The notes below the pieces were generated by a model. That model made no database searches, was not told where the DNA came from, and saw nothing but the letters and a program-made list of their open reading frames with translations. The position numbers were made by a program, and so were the translations under genes. Shown in pieces: positions 36,506-45,645 of a DNA stretch of 64,000 nucleotides (position 1 is its first letter; every line of letters begins with the position of its first letter). Origin of the DNA: an uncultured Clostridia bacterium (GTDB lineage: Bacteria; Bacillota; Clostridia; Christensenellales; UBA1242). The stretch covers positions 3,505-67,504 of the forward strand of contig CAKVHA010000005.1 of assembly GCA_934747775.1 (NCBI GenBank). The letters are read 5' to 3'.

Positions 36506-37528
36506 ATGGGATTATTTTTTAACAGAAACAAACAAAAACAATTTAGTGAAGATGAAATTAGAAGAATGTCACCAGCGGAAATAAGCGACAATGTGTTTAA
36601 ATATGGTGCTACAGAGCCTTTTTTAAACGAAGTAAGATATAGACTTAAAAATGGATATTGCAAACCAACCGATTTTAACGAATATTACAGAGATTTTGCA
36701 TTTGATAAAGAAACAGTAATTAGTGCTTGCTATGCCGGTTGTGATGTTTCATATCGTGCTTTGCCAGAAAATTTAAAAGAAGACTATGATGTTGCTCTTG
36801 CGGCTATGCACGCTCGCGGCACTGGATATAACGAACTTTTGCCGCAGTTTAAAGGTGATAGAAAGATTGCTCTTGCTGCCATAAATAGGGATCCCGAACA
36901 ACTAAGAGATATGCCCATAGGTTTAAGAAAAGATAAACTTGTTGTTAGTGAAGCAATTTCTAAAAATCCGTCGACCTTTGCCTATGCTGCCAATGAGCTT
37001 AAAGAAAACAAAGGTTTTGTTATGGAAGCTATGTCAAAAGTTAATCCTGTTGTTTTAACATATGCAGCTGACGATATTAAAAACAGCAAAGACTGTGCGA
37101 TTTTTGCAGTGTCTAGATTGGGCGAGCGTGGTTTAGCTTGCATTGGCGATAATTTTAAAGAAGACCTTAATATGCACTTGCTTGCAAAATTTAGTGAAGT
37201 TGCAACAGACGGTGGCGATATTAGAGAAGCCTTTTTGCATATGTGCGACTTGTATGATATGCGCGGCGACTTGGAGTATGGTGCTATGACCGATTTGATT
37301 AAATACAATGCCCAGTTGCGTACTAAAAGCGTTTTGGAAAACAAAAATGAAGGACTAAACGAAATTCCACGATTTATGGTTTTAAATATTGCAAAAGAGT
37401 TTGCTGGCGACAACTTAAACATTCTTGCCGATGCAAGACAAAATCAAATAGAAAACCCTAATTATGTAAACGAAAGACGCGAAGTTTATATCCAAGAAAA
37501 ACAACAACAGCGTGACTACAAGCATTAA
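36506..37528 (+). CDS. DUF4116-repeat protein
   Basis: Tandem repeats of about 30 aa: LPENLKEDYDVALAAM, FKGDRKIALAAINRDPEQL, LRKDKLVVSEAISKNPSTFAYA, LKENKGFVMEAMSKVNPVVLTYA, IKNSKDCAIFAV. Confidence 0.6.
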   Translation: MGLFFNRNKQKQFSEDEIRRMSPAEISDNVFKYGATEPFLNEVRYRLKNGYCKPTDFNEYYRDFAFDKETVISACYAGCDVSYRALPENLKEDYDVALAAMHARGTGYNELLPQFKGDRKIALAAINRDPEQLRDMPIGLRKDKLVVSEAISKNPSTFAYAANELKENKGFVMEAMSKVNPVVLTYAADDIKNSKDCAIFAVSRLGERGLACIGDNFKEDLNMHLLAKFSEVATDGGDIREAFLHMCDLYDMRGDLEYGAMTDLIKYNAQLRTKSVLENKNEGLNEIPRFMVLNIAKEFAGDNLNILADARQNQIENPNYVNERREVYIQEKQQQRDYKH

Positions 37529-37542
37529 TTTGGAGATATAAA

Positions 37543-39246
37543 ATGATTAAAAACAAAGATAAAACTGTAAAAATAGCAAGTAGAGAATCTAAACATAAGT
37601 TTTTAAAAGGTCTAGGCATTGGGCTAGCTTCTCTTGCTGCGGTTACGGCAACTGCTGGAACAATTGGTGCATTAAAGTTTCGTAGTTTTTCCAACGACCT
37701 TGCACCGATAAGGGGTGTAAACGAACGCATAAATGAAAACGGCTTGGATAATGAAGTCACTTGGATAAATGCCCAGGCTCGCGTGGTTTTTCCTAAAAAC
37801 GGACAATTTCAAATTAATGTTAAAATTGATGAAAAATATCTAAACGACCAAACAAAAAGGGCATTGGAAGATACTATTCACGATTACAATGTGGCGTTAA
37901 AGAGTATAAAAAACAATGCTAAAAATGACTATAGTTTAAAATTGGAATATGATTCAAAAAAGTTTACAAGCTTGTACAGTTTTGATTTGAAAGATGACAA
38001 TCTTGACAACAATATTTTAGGTTTGTATTGCCCAAAACTAATTCTTCCAACGGTTAATGGTTTTGGAACATATAAGTCGGAAATATCAGTAGATATGAAT
38101 AAAATTACATCTGTCGACACTTATTATAGTACGCTTAAAGATGTCGTGATGCACGAGTTATCACACGGCATACTTGGTATGGGTGACGCCTACAATATAG
38201 TTGATTTTCCGTTTGAAACAATTATGTTGTCTAATGATGTTGAACCGATTTTGTCTGACCTTGATATGAAAAACTTGGCAATAAAATATGGTGATGGCAC
38301 TTATAATTCGGACTGGTATAAAGGCACTACTTGGTATCAAAGTATGATTGACGACTCGCAGTATATTAAAGAAAATGCTTTCGATAAAATATCCGAAGTA
38401 TATTCATATGGCGAAACATTAGATAAGTCCGATTTTTCACACGAGTACGAAAATTTTGGTTTTTTTGGAAAAAACTACAATAGGTTGAAAGATATAGGTG
38501 GAATAAACACATGCGCATATGGGGTTGAGTATAGAAATATAAAAAAAAATAAACTTAATGCATATTCCGCAACAGCAACTCCTTTTGAAAACACTGCAAC
38601 AGAGCACGCTTCGTCATCTGATGCATATGAAATAGGCGATATGATGTTTTCAGCAAAAGATAGTGGATTTTACGTGAAACAGGGAAACACTGTGTATTCC
38701 GCAAAAGTTTCATATGATAATGGCAAAAAGGGTGTTTTTGTAAAACCTATTGGCGATATACTTTCAAAACAAGATTGTGCAAAAGTGGTAAGTAAATGGC
38801 ATAATATGGTTAATGATGTCAAGAATAATCCAAATTATTTTGGTGATATGTACTCAAATGAAGTAAATAAGCAGTTTGTTACAAAAGATTTTGGAATGCG
38901 TGAAAATTTGCCAACTATTCAACATAATGTTATTAAAACAAGATATTTGGGAATGTATGAATTTGATGGCAATAATTGTTTTTGGAAAGCCGAGGATGGT
39001 GTATTAAATAGTGAAATGAAATACAAAGAGTACAACGATTTGGTGTTTTTATCAAATGGTGATGTTCTTGCAAACTCGTCTAATGGAATGGTTGCGTTTA
39101 AGTTTGGTTTTGATAATAAAAACTGTAATGCAGTTGTTAACGATTATTCTGTAAGTGAAAATTTCAACACAAAAACCACACAAACAAGTATCAACTATAG
39201 CGGTAGTTATAGTGGCTATCAAAATATGGGTGGCAGAAGTAAATAA
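37543..39246 (+). CDS. Membrane-anchored putative zinc metalloprotease, paralog B (HExxH)
   Basis: N-terminal tail and TM segment (LGIGLASLAAVTATAGTIGAL). VMHELSHGILGMGDAY (HELSH at nt 38152-38166), snapalysin-like apart from one extra residue. Confidence 0.6.
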   Translation: MIKNKDKTVKIASRESKHKFLKGLGIGLASLAAVTATAGTIGALKFRSFSNDLAPIRGVNERINENGLDNEVTWINAQARVVFPKNGQFQINVKIDEKYLNDQTKRALEDTIHDYNVALKSIKNNAKNDYSLKLEYDSKKFTSLYSFDLKDDNLDNNILGLYCPKLILPTVNGFGTYKSEISVDMNKITSVDTYYSTLKDVVMHELSHGILGMGDAYNIVDFPFETIMLSNDVEPILSDLDMKNLAIKYGDGTYNSDWYKGTTWYQSMIDDSQYIKENAFDKISEVYSYGETLDKSDFSHEYENFGFFGKNYNRLKDIGGINTCAYGVEYRNIKKNKLNAYSATATPFENTATEHASSSDAYEIGDMMFSAKDSGFYVKQGNTVYSAKVSYDNGKKGVFVKPIGDILSKQDCAKVVSKWHNMVNDVKNNPNYFGDMYSNEVNKQFVTKDFGMRENLPTIQHNVIKTRYLGMYEFDGNNCFWKAEDGVLNSEMKYKEYNDLVFLSNGDVLANSSNGMVAFKFGFDNKNCNAVVNDYSVSENFNTKTTQTSINYSGSYSGYQNMGGRSK

Positions 39247-39251
39247 TAAAC

Positions 39252-39290
39252 AAAAAAGACTGGTTTTACAATCGGTCTTTTTTGTTTTTG
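39252..39290 (+). terminator. Rho-independent terminator
   Basis: Hairpin aagactg/cggtctt followed by a T-run. Confidence 0.65.
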
Positions 39291-39412
39291 CGATAGGTTG
39301 AGTGGTAGATTTAAAACCTAAAACATATGTTTGAAAATGATGTAAAACCACTCTAAAACGCACTATTTTAGCCATAAAATTAAGGTTTTTATAAAATAGT
39401 GGTTAAAAATAA

Positions 39413-39441
39413 TTGCAAAATTTAAACAAAATCATTATAAT
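39413..39441 (+). promoter_or_regulatory. Sigma-A promoter of ppdK
   Basis: TTGCAA-17 nt-TATAAT. Confidence 0.6.
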
Positions 39442-39474
39442 ATGTAAGATTTCAAAAACAAAAGAGGTGTTTTA

Positions 39475-42099
39475 ATGGCAAAAAAATATGTTTACTTATT
39501 TAAAGAAGGCAACGCTTCAATGAGAAATTTGCTAGGTGGCAAAGGTGCTAACTTAGCTGAAATGACATCATTGGGTATGCCTGTTCCACAAGGCTTCACA
39601 ATCACAACCGAAGCTTGTAATAAATACTATGAAGATGGAGAAAAAATTAGCCAAGAAATTCTTGATCAAGTGGCAAAAGCTCTTGAAAAAACAGAAAAAA
39701 TCACTGGCAAAAAACTAGGCGACGCCGAAAACCCACTACTTGTTTCAGTTAGATCGGGTGCAAGAGCTAGTATGCCTGGTATGATGGATACTATTCTTAA
39801 CCTTGGTATCAACGATACAGTAGTAGAAACATTGGCAAAACTTACTGGCAACAAAAGATTTGCATACGACAGTTACCGCAGATTTATTATGATGTTTAGT
39901 GATGTTGCTATGGGTGTAGACCGTTTGCTTTTCGAAGATGAAATGGACAAACTTAAAAAAGCAAAAGGCGTAACTAAAGATACAGACCTAGACGCAGAAG
40001 ATATGGTAAAACTTGTAGGCGAGTTTAAAAAGGTTTACAAAAAAGAAATGAAAGCCGACTTCCCACAAGAACCTAAAGTTCAACTTCAGGAAGCTATTAA
40101 AGCTGTATTTAGAAGTTGGAACAACGAAAGAGCTATTTTCTACCGCAAGATGAACGATATTCCAGCAAGTTGGGGTACAGCTGTTAACGTTCAATCAATG
40201 GTATTTGGTAATATGGGTGAAACTAGTGGTACTGGTGTTGCTTTTACTCGTAACCCAGCAACTGGCGAAAACCAAGTATTTGGTGAGTACCTTATGAATG
40301 CACAAGGTGAAGACGTTGTTGCAGGTATTCGTACTCCTAATCCTATTAGCCACCTAAAAGAACAAAATCCAGCAGTTTATGAGCAATTTATTAACATTTG
40401 CCACAAACTAGAAAGAAGTTATAAAGATATGCAAGATATGGAATTTACCATTGAAAATGGCAAACTTTATATGCTTCAAACCCGTAACGGCAAGCGTACA
40501 GCTACAGCTGCTTTGAGAATTGCTATTGATATGGTTAATGAAAAATTAATCACTAAAAAAGAAGCACTATTAAAAATTGAACCAAAAACTTTGGATGCAC
40601 TTCTACACCCAATGTTTGTACCTGCCGAACTTAAAAAGGCAAAAAGCATTTCAAGTGGTCTACCAGCAAGCCCAGGCGCTGCAAGTGGTATGGTTGTATT
40701 AGACAAACAAACTGCTATGAAATATGCTGAAAAGAAAATCAAATGCGTTCTTGTTAGAAACGAAACCAGCCCAGAAGACATTGAGGGTATGGCTGTTGCA
40801 GAAGGCGTTCTTACTGCTACTGGCGGTATGACATCTCACGCTGCGGTTGTTGCTCGTGGTATGGGTACAACTTGTGTTGCTGGTTGTCAAGGTCTTTCGG
40901 TTAACATCGAAAAACGTACAATCACTATTAACGGCAAAACAATTAAGGAAGGCGAACCAATTAGCGTAGATGGTTCTACTGGTTTGGTTTACGATGTATT
41001 AGTTCCTACCGAAGAAGCAAAAATTACTGGCGACTTTGCTACAATTATGCAATGGAGCGAAGAATTTGCTAACCTTAAAGTTAAAGCAAATGCTGATACC
41101 GAACGCGATACAAAACGCGCAGTTGAGCTAGGTGCTGTTGGTATTGGTCTAACTAGAACAGAGCATATGTTCTTTGAAAAAGACCGTATTAAAGCAGTTA
41201 GAGAAATGATTTTGGCTACAAATGATAAAGATAGAGCAAAAGCACTAGCAAAAATGCTTCCTTATCAAAAAGAAGACTTTATTGCTATCTTTAAAGCACT
41301 AAACGGCAGAAGTTGTACCATTAGATATATGGATCCACCTCTACACGAATTCTTGCCTAAAAAGGAAGAAGATATTAAAGAATTAGCTAAAGAAACTGGC
41401 AGAACTTACGAAGAAGTTATGCAAGTCATCGAATCACTTCACGAGTTTAACCCTATGATGGGCTTCCGTGGTTGCCGTCTTGGTATCGTTATGGAAGACC
41501 TTACCGAAATGCAAACTAAAGCTATCATCGAAGCTGCTATTGAAGTTATGACAAAAGCAAAAATCGATGTTCACCCAGAACTTATGGTTCCACTTGTTGG
41601 CGATGTTAAAGAACTTGTTTATGTTAAAAACATTATTAACCGTGTTGCTAAAGAAGTTATGGATAAAGCAAATGTTACAGTTCCATACAAAATTGGTACT
41701 ATGATCGAAGTTCCACGTGCCGCTATTATGGCAGAAGAAATTGCTAAAGAAGCAGACTTCTTCTCATTTGGTACAAACGACCTTACTCAAATGACATTCG
41801 GCTTCAGCCGTGATGATGCTGGTAAGTTCTTGAATCCTTACTACGAAAAACATATTTTGGAACGTGACCCATTCGTTACAATCGACGAAGATGGCGTTGG
41901 TTTCTTAATGGAAAGAAGCGTAAAACTTGGCCGTAAAGTTAAAAAGAATATGATGTGCGGTATCTGTGGTGAGCAGGGTGGTGACCCTACAAGCGTTAAG
42001 TTTGCCGATAAAATTGGTATGACTTACGTAAGCTGCAGCCCATACAGAGTTCCTATTGCAAAACTTGCAGCAGCTCAAGCAGCTATTACAAGAAAATAA
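39475..42099 (+). CDS. ppdK: Pyruvate, phosphate dikinase
   Basis: 874 aa. Phosphohistidine motif GGMTSHAAVVARG and the PEP-utilising C-terminal domain. Confidence 0.95.
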   Translation: MAKKYVYLFKEGNASMRNLLGGKGANLAEMTSLGMPVPQGFTITTEACNKYYEDGEKISQEILDQVAKALEKTEKITGKKLGDAENPLLVSVRSGARASMPGMMDTILNLGINDTVVETLAKLTGNKRFAYDSYRRFIMMFSDVAMGVDRLLFEDEMDKLKKAKGVTKDTDLDAEDMVKLVGEFKKVYKKEMKADFPQEPKVQLQEAIKAVFRSWNNERAIFYRKMNDIPASWGTAVNVQSMVFGNMGETSGTGVAFTRNPATGENQVFGEYLMNAQGEDVVAGIRTPNPISHLKEQNPAVYEQFINICHKLERSYKDMQDMEFTIENGKLYMLQTRNGKRTATAALRIAIDMVNEKLITKKEALLKIEPKTLDALLHPMFVPAELKKAKSISSGLPASPGAASGMVVLDKQTAMKYAEKKIKCVLVRNETSPEDIEGMAVAEGVLTATGGMTSHAAVVARGMGTTCVAGCQGLSVNIEKRTITINGKTIKEGEPISVDGSTGLVYDVLVPTEEAKITGDFATIMQWSEEFANLKVKANADTERDTKRAVELGAVGIGLTRTEHMFFEKDRIKAVREMILATNDKDRAKALAKMLPYQKEDFIAIFKALNGRSCTIRYMDPPLHEFLPKKEEDIKELAKETGRTYEEVMQVIESLHEFNPMMGFRGCRLGIVMEDLTEMQTKAIIEAAIEVMTKAKIDVHPELMVPLVGDVKELVYVKNIINRVAKEVMDKANVTVPYKIGTMIEVPRAAIMAEEIAKEADFFSFGTNDLTQMTFGFSRDDAGKFLNPYYEKHILERDPFVTIDEDGVGFLMERSVKLGRKVKKNMMCGICGEQGGDPTSVKFADKIGMTYVSCSPYRVPIAKLAAAQAAITRK

Positions 42100-42111
42100 T
42101 AATAAAAAATT

Positions 42112-42138
42112 GAAGTCCACTTTTCTGGACTTCTTTTT
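42112..42138 (+). terminator. Rho-independent terminator
   Basis: Hairpin gaagtcca/tggacttc followed by T5. Confidence 0.8.
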
Positions 42139-42200
42139 ATAGATATAAATGCAAAAGAAATAATCATAGTTTCATTTGGATTAATGTAAAGGATAAAAAA

Positions 42201-42722
42201 ATGAATTATAGTTTTAGTTATAAATATTTAAAAATAAAAAATGGTAAAGAAAATTTTATTATTGAGTGTAGCTATGATACAATGCTTGGTAAAAAAGTAT
42301 ATGCTGCAAAAACAAATTTGTTGTTTAAAGATGAGTTTGGAGATTGGGGGCATGCTTGTGGCGTTGGTAAAAGTGAAGAAGAAGCAGTTAATGGTTGCTG
42401 TAATGAAATTAATGAATACATTAACACTAATTTTACATACGAACAAATTAAAAACTGCCAAGATGATGATTTGTTGAAGAAAATAGTCATAGAAAAACAC
42501 AATAAGCCTATTGAGATTTTCTACAAACAAGAGAACAACAATGTTGATTGTTTTTGTAAAGATAAAACTGATCTTAAAACAGTGTTATATGCTTGTAAAA
42601 TGGTTGGAATTGAAGATAACACGAAGACTACTTTAACACATATAACAGAAGATGAGAAAAAAGATGTTATTTTTGATACGCTTACACGGAAATATAACAA
42701 CGATAATGTTAGCATAAAGTGA
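42201..42722 (+). CDS. Hypothetical protein (173 aa, AT-rich, no recognised family)
   Basis: AAGGA RBS and ATG. Several antisense or shadow ORFs overlap it. Confidence 0.5.
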   Translation: MNYSFSYKYLKIKNGKENFIIECSYDTMLGKKVYAAKTNLLFKDEFGDWGHACGVGKSEEEAVNGCCNEINEYINTNFTYEQIKNCQDDDLLKKIVIEKHNKPIEIFYKQENNNVDCFCKDKTDLKTVLYACKMVGIEDNTKTTLTHITEDEKKDVIFDTLTRKYNNDNVSIK

Positions 42723-42751
42723 ACCCTATAATAGAAGAATCTACAAAATAA

Positions 42752-42853
42752 AAATGGACAGTTGAAGGGTCTACAGAAACAACAAATGGTGTATGGGAAC
42801 TTGTTGTTGATCCTGTAAAAAAGGTTATTGTTCATTTCTTGTTTAGAACATAA
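42752..42853 (+). pseudogene. Start-less 3' remnant of a gene (33 codons and a stop)
   Basis: Stop-free stretch KWTVEGSTETTNGVWELVVDPVKKVIVHFLFRT* with no RBS or in-frame start. A TAA lies immediately upstream in frame. Confidence 0.4.
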
Positions 42854-42867
42854 ACTTGGAGAGTACT

Positions 42868-43371
42868 ATGAGCGAGCAATTTCATGATTATAAGTTTAAA
42901 GTTAAAGAGTTGTCCAAAACAGATTCGCTTCTTGAGTATCATAAAATAAAGGTATGTTGTAGAAAATACGACAATAATGAAGCTTGTATTTATTCAAACA
43001 ACGGCGGTGGAGACTATTCTTTATATTTGCAAGATAGATTTTTTAATTTTACTATAGATAATGAAACAAAAAGAGTATCAGCATTTGATGGAGATATAGT
43101 TTGTAGTCAACTAAAGCCAGTAAAGTTGCAATTGCCTACAACAGTAAAAGATGTTATTCTTAGTGTAGATACACAAGATAATTTGGAAAAAGGTTGTGGC
43201 GGATATATAAAGTTTAATACATCTAAAATTTTTTATGATAAAAAGAATAAGATTTTACAAATTGGCGATATTAATCCTAAAGATATAACATATAAATTTT
43301 TCGATAACGGATATACACAAATAAAAAATGATTCTTTGAGCGGGTTAATGTTTACGGAAATGGATATGTAG
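42868..43371 (+). CDS. Hypothetical protein (167 aa)
   Basis: GGAGAG RBS and ATG at 42868, 14 nt after the remnant's stop. Confidence 0.55.
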   Translation: MSEQFHDYKFKVKELSKTDSLLEYHKIKVCCRKYDNNEACIYSNNGGGDYSLYLQDRFFNFTIDNETKRVSAFDGDIVCSQLKPVKLQLPTTVKDVILSVDTQDNLEKGCGGYIKFNTSKIFYDKKNKILQIGDINPKDITYKFFDNGYTQIKNDSLSGLMFTEMDM

Positions 43372-43407
43372 AAAAAAATCACGAATTTAATTTCGTGATT
43401 TTTTTTG
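43372..43407. terminator. Bidirectional terminator between convergent genes
   Basis: A7, hairpin atcacgaa-tttaat-ttcgtgat, T8. Confidence 0.85.
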
Positions 43408-43429
43408 TTATAAAATATTTTTATATTAC

Positions 43430-43876
43430 CTATTTGCATGGTGCCATATCGTTAGGATCTGGAACATGTTCGCGTGATATTTGTTTGTAATAACCTTTGC
43501 TGATTGCTTCAATGCCGTTTTTGCCTAGGTTAAATTCAACACCATAGCCTGAATCACCATTTGCAGTGTAGTTTAGAGTAAGTGGTTTTTCGTGATTGAT
43601 ATATTTAATGTTTTTTATACTGCTATAGCATTCTAAAATTCTATCTGGTGCGATATTAATAACAATACCTTCTTCAAACAAATTAACAGCTGTAGGTGCT
43701 TTCATAAAGTGTTTTTGTGGGCTGTACACAACTGGTAAAGCATAAGTAAAGTTAGGGTCGTCTGGCATAACCAAAACAGCATAATCATCGTCCAAAATAT
43801 TTCTTAGGTTTTTATTGTAGTTTTTGCCATATTCTACAATTTTTTCAATTTTATCTATTTTTTTATCTTTTTTCAT
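43430..43876 (-). CDS. Hypothetical protein (148 aa)
   Basis: ORF starting 4 nt downstream of the TSCPD gene stop. No family recognised. Confidence 0.55.
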   Translation of the reverse strand: MKKDKKIDKIEKIVEYGKNYNKNLRNILDDDYAVLVMPDDPNFTYALPVVYSPQKHFMKAPTAVNLFEEGIVINIAPDRILECYSSIKNIKYINHEKPLTLNYTANGDSGYGVEFNLGKNGIEAISKGYYKQISREHVPDPNDMAPCK

Positions 43877-43880
43877 ATTT

Positions 43881-44138
43881 TTAGTCCTTATTGTTTATAT
43901 TTTGTTTGTACCAAATTAGTGCGTTTGCAAGTTGGTCGGGGCAAGATGTGGTAGGGCGGCACTTAATGCCTTTTAGGCGAGTAATAACTTCGTCTATATC
44001 CATTCCTTCCACAAGTTTTGCAATTCCAGCGGTGTTACCAGGGCAACCACCCACAAATTGCACATTGGTTAGTTTTCCGTTTTTCACGTCAAATAGTATT
44101 TGTGACGAACACACGCCACTTGTGCGATAACAATACAT
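43881..44138 (-). CDS. TIGR03905-type TSCPD-domain 4-Cys protein
   Basis: MYCYRTSGVCSSQILFDVKNGKLTNVQFVGGCPGNTAGIAKLVEGM...CRPTTSCPDQLA. The ATG at 44138 has a GGAGGGA RBS. Confidence 0.75.
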   Translation of the reverse strand: MYCYRTSGVCSSQILFDVKNGKLTNVQFVGGCPGNTAGIAKLVEGMDIDEVITRLKGIKCRPTTSCPDQLANALIWYKQNINNKD

Positions 44139-44149
44139 ATTTCCCTCCA

Positions 44150-44683
44150 TTAGCTATCTATAACTGTGTCATACAAATATTCAAACACATTGGGGGCATT
44201 GTCCTTCCACTTTTTGCAAGTTAGTATTGCCGAGTGTCTTGTAGGAACTTTTAGCTTAATTTCAAGTAGTGAGTTGGGAATCATAGGTTCCTTAATTTTA
44301 AGATTAACAATGTAGGAGCCGTCTTCGTTTTTAATATATTCCGAAACATACTCTTGAGTGCGCTTAAAGCTCATACGGTTGTCTTTAGCAAAAGTTGTAA
44401 TTTCTTCGCGTAGCGACTGTGGAATTCTTTGGAAAAACAAACTTAAACAGCTGCGACCTTCGTAGGTTATGCCATATCGCTCTTCGTCGTTGCCTTCGGT
44501 TTTAAAAATAAAGCCCGCTTCTAAAAGCTGATACAAAACTTCTTTGCAGTCCATATAATTTAGCCAATTGTTGCGACTGGTGCAAATGTCTATAATACTG
44601 TTTTCCGTAAGTGGAATTTCCATTTTGTCTAGCAAAAACAACATTTTTAGTTTGTTGGATGTACTGTCTACCATAAAATCCAT
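44150..44683 (-). CDS. DUF4364-like protein (probable PadR-like winged-helix N-terminus)
   Basis: Recalled family resemblance only (LKMLFLLDKMEIPLTENSI...YQLLEAGFI). Confidence 0.35.
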   Translation of the reverse strand: MDFMVDSTSNKLKMLFLLDKMEIPLTENSIIDICTSRNNWLNYMDCKEVLYQLLEAGFIFKTEGNDEERYGITYEGRSCLSLFFQRIPQSLREEITTFAKDNRMSFKRTQEYVSEYIKNEDGSYIVNLKIKEPMIPNSLLEIKLKVPTRHSAILTCKKWKDNAPNVFEYLYDTVIDS

Positions 44684-44832
44684 ATTTTTCCCGCCAATAA
44701 TGTGATATTTTTAAAACTATAATAGTATAGCACAATTAGCACAGGTTTTACAATATTTTTTGCATTTTGTTTGCTAAAAAATAAAAAAACATCTATACTA
44801 CTAATTAGATATACTAATTTGGAGAAAAAACT

Positions 44833-45645
44833 ATGGCAAAATATAGTGATGTAGAACAAAAGAATTTAAAAAACTTTTTTACAGCTTGCAACGAGATGAT
44901 AAATGGCAGGTTTATTTTATCGGACATTAAAATTCAAAAAATCCTTAACGCTATTGCAAATAGCGCAGTATTGTACGAACTTGTTGCAAAATGTATGGTT
45001 GATTTTAATTTTAAAAACGAGTTTAGAAACGCAAAAGTTTCAAACAAAGTAAACGGCGGATATTTTGTTTTGCCAAACGACGAACAAAAAATTGTTGCGC
45101 TTGTTTTCTGCTTTTTAATTGATGTGGATAACAAGAGAATTGATCTTCAAAATTTTATAAACGAAAACTTTTTTAGTTCTGACGGTTATAATATTAGCTA
45201 CTCAAATTTTGCAATCAATGTGTTGGTTCCATTTAAAACAAGTGTTGCAAACTTGCTTGGCGTAAACGAACTTGGCGAAGATGTTGGCTCGTATGGCATA
45301 GATGTAAATAGCGAGCAAATTGCAATGGACGGCTTTGAACAAGTTGAAGAAACCGATTCAGAACCAGATTTAAGTAAAGAAAACACAACAAAATTAAAAT
45401 ATGCCGACTTGCTTATGAGCTTAAATAGTCTTTACGCTGCGGTTAAAAAAGAACGCAAACTAAAAGACGAAACACGTCAAGAGTTGATTATAATTATTAA
45501 AGCAATTAAGGAAGCTATTACAATGGAAAAACTAATTTTTATAAATGCATTAGTTATTCCGCTTGAACACGAACTTACTAAAAACCGCCAATTAAAGCCA
45601 TATTATGCGGAATTTAAAAATTCATTAATGGCTTTTTATGACTAA
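44833..45645 (+). CDS. Hypothetical protein (270 aa)
   Basis: GGAGA RBS. Coding-like composition. No family recognised. Confidence 0.55.
   Translation: MAKYSDVEQKNLKNFFTACNEMINGRFILSDIKIQKILNAIANSAVLYELVAKCMVDFNFKNEFRNAKVSNKVNGGYFVLPNDEQKIVALVFCFLIDVDNKRIDLQNFINENFFSSDGYNISYSNFAINVLVPFKTSVANLLGVNELGEDVGSYGIDVNSEQIAMDGFEQVEETDSEPDLSKENTTKLKYADLLMSLNSLYAAVKKERKLKDETRQELIIIIKAIKEAITMEKLIFINALVIPLEHELTKNRQLKPYYAEFKNSLMAFYD

Noticed and set aside
37458-37760. 100-aa minus-strand ORF spanning the junction between the DUF4116 gene and paralog B
   Set aside because: It is antisense to two well-supported plus-strand genes and their RBS, and has no start context.
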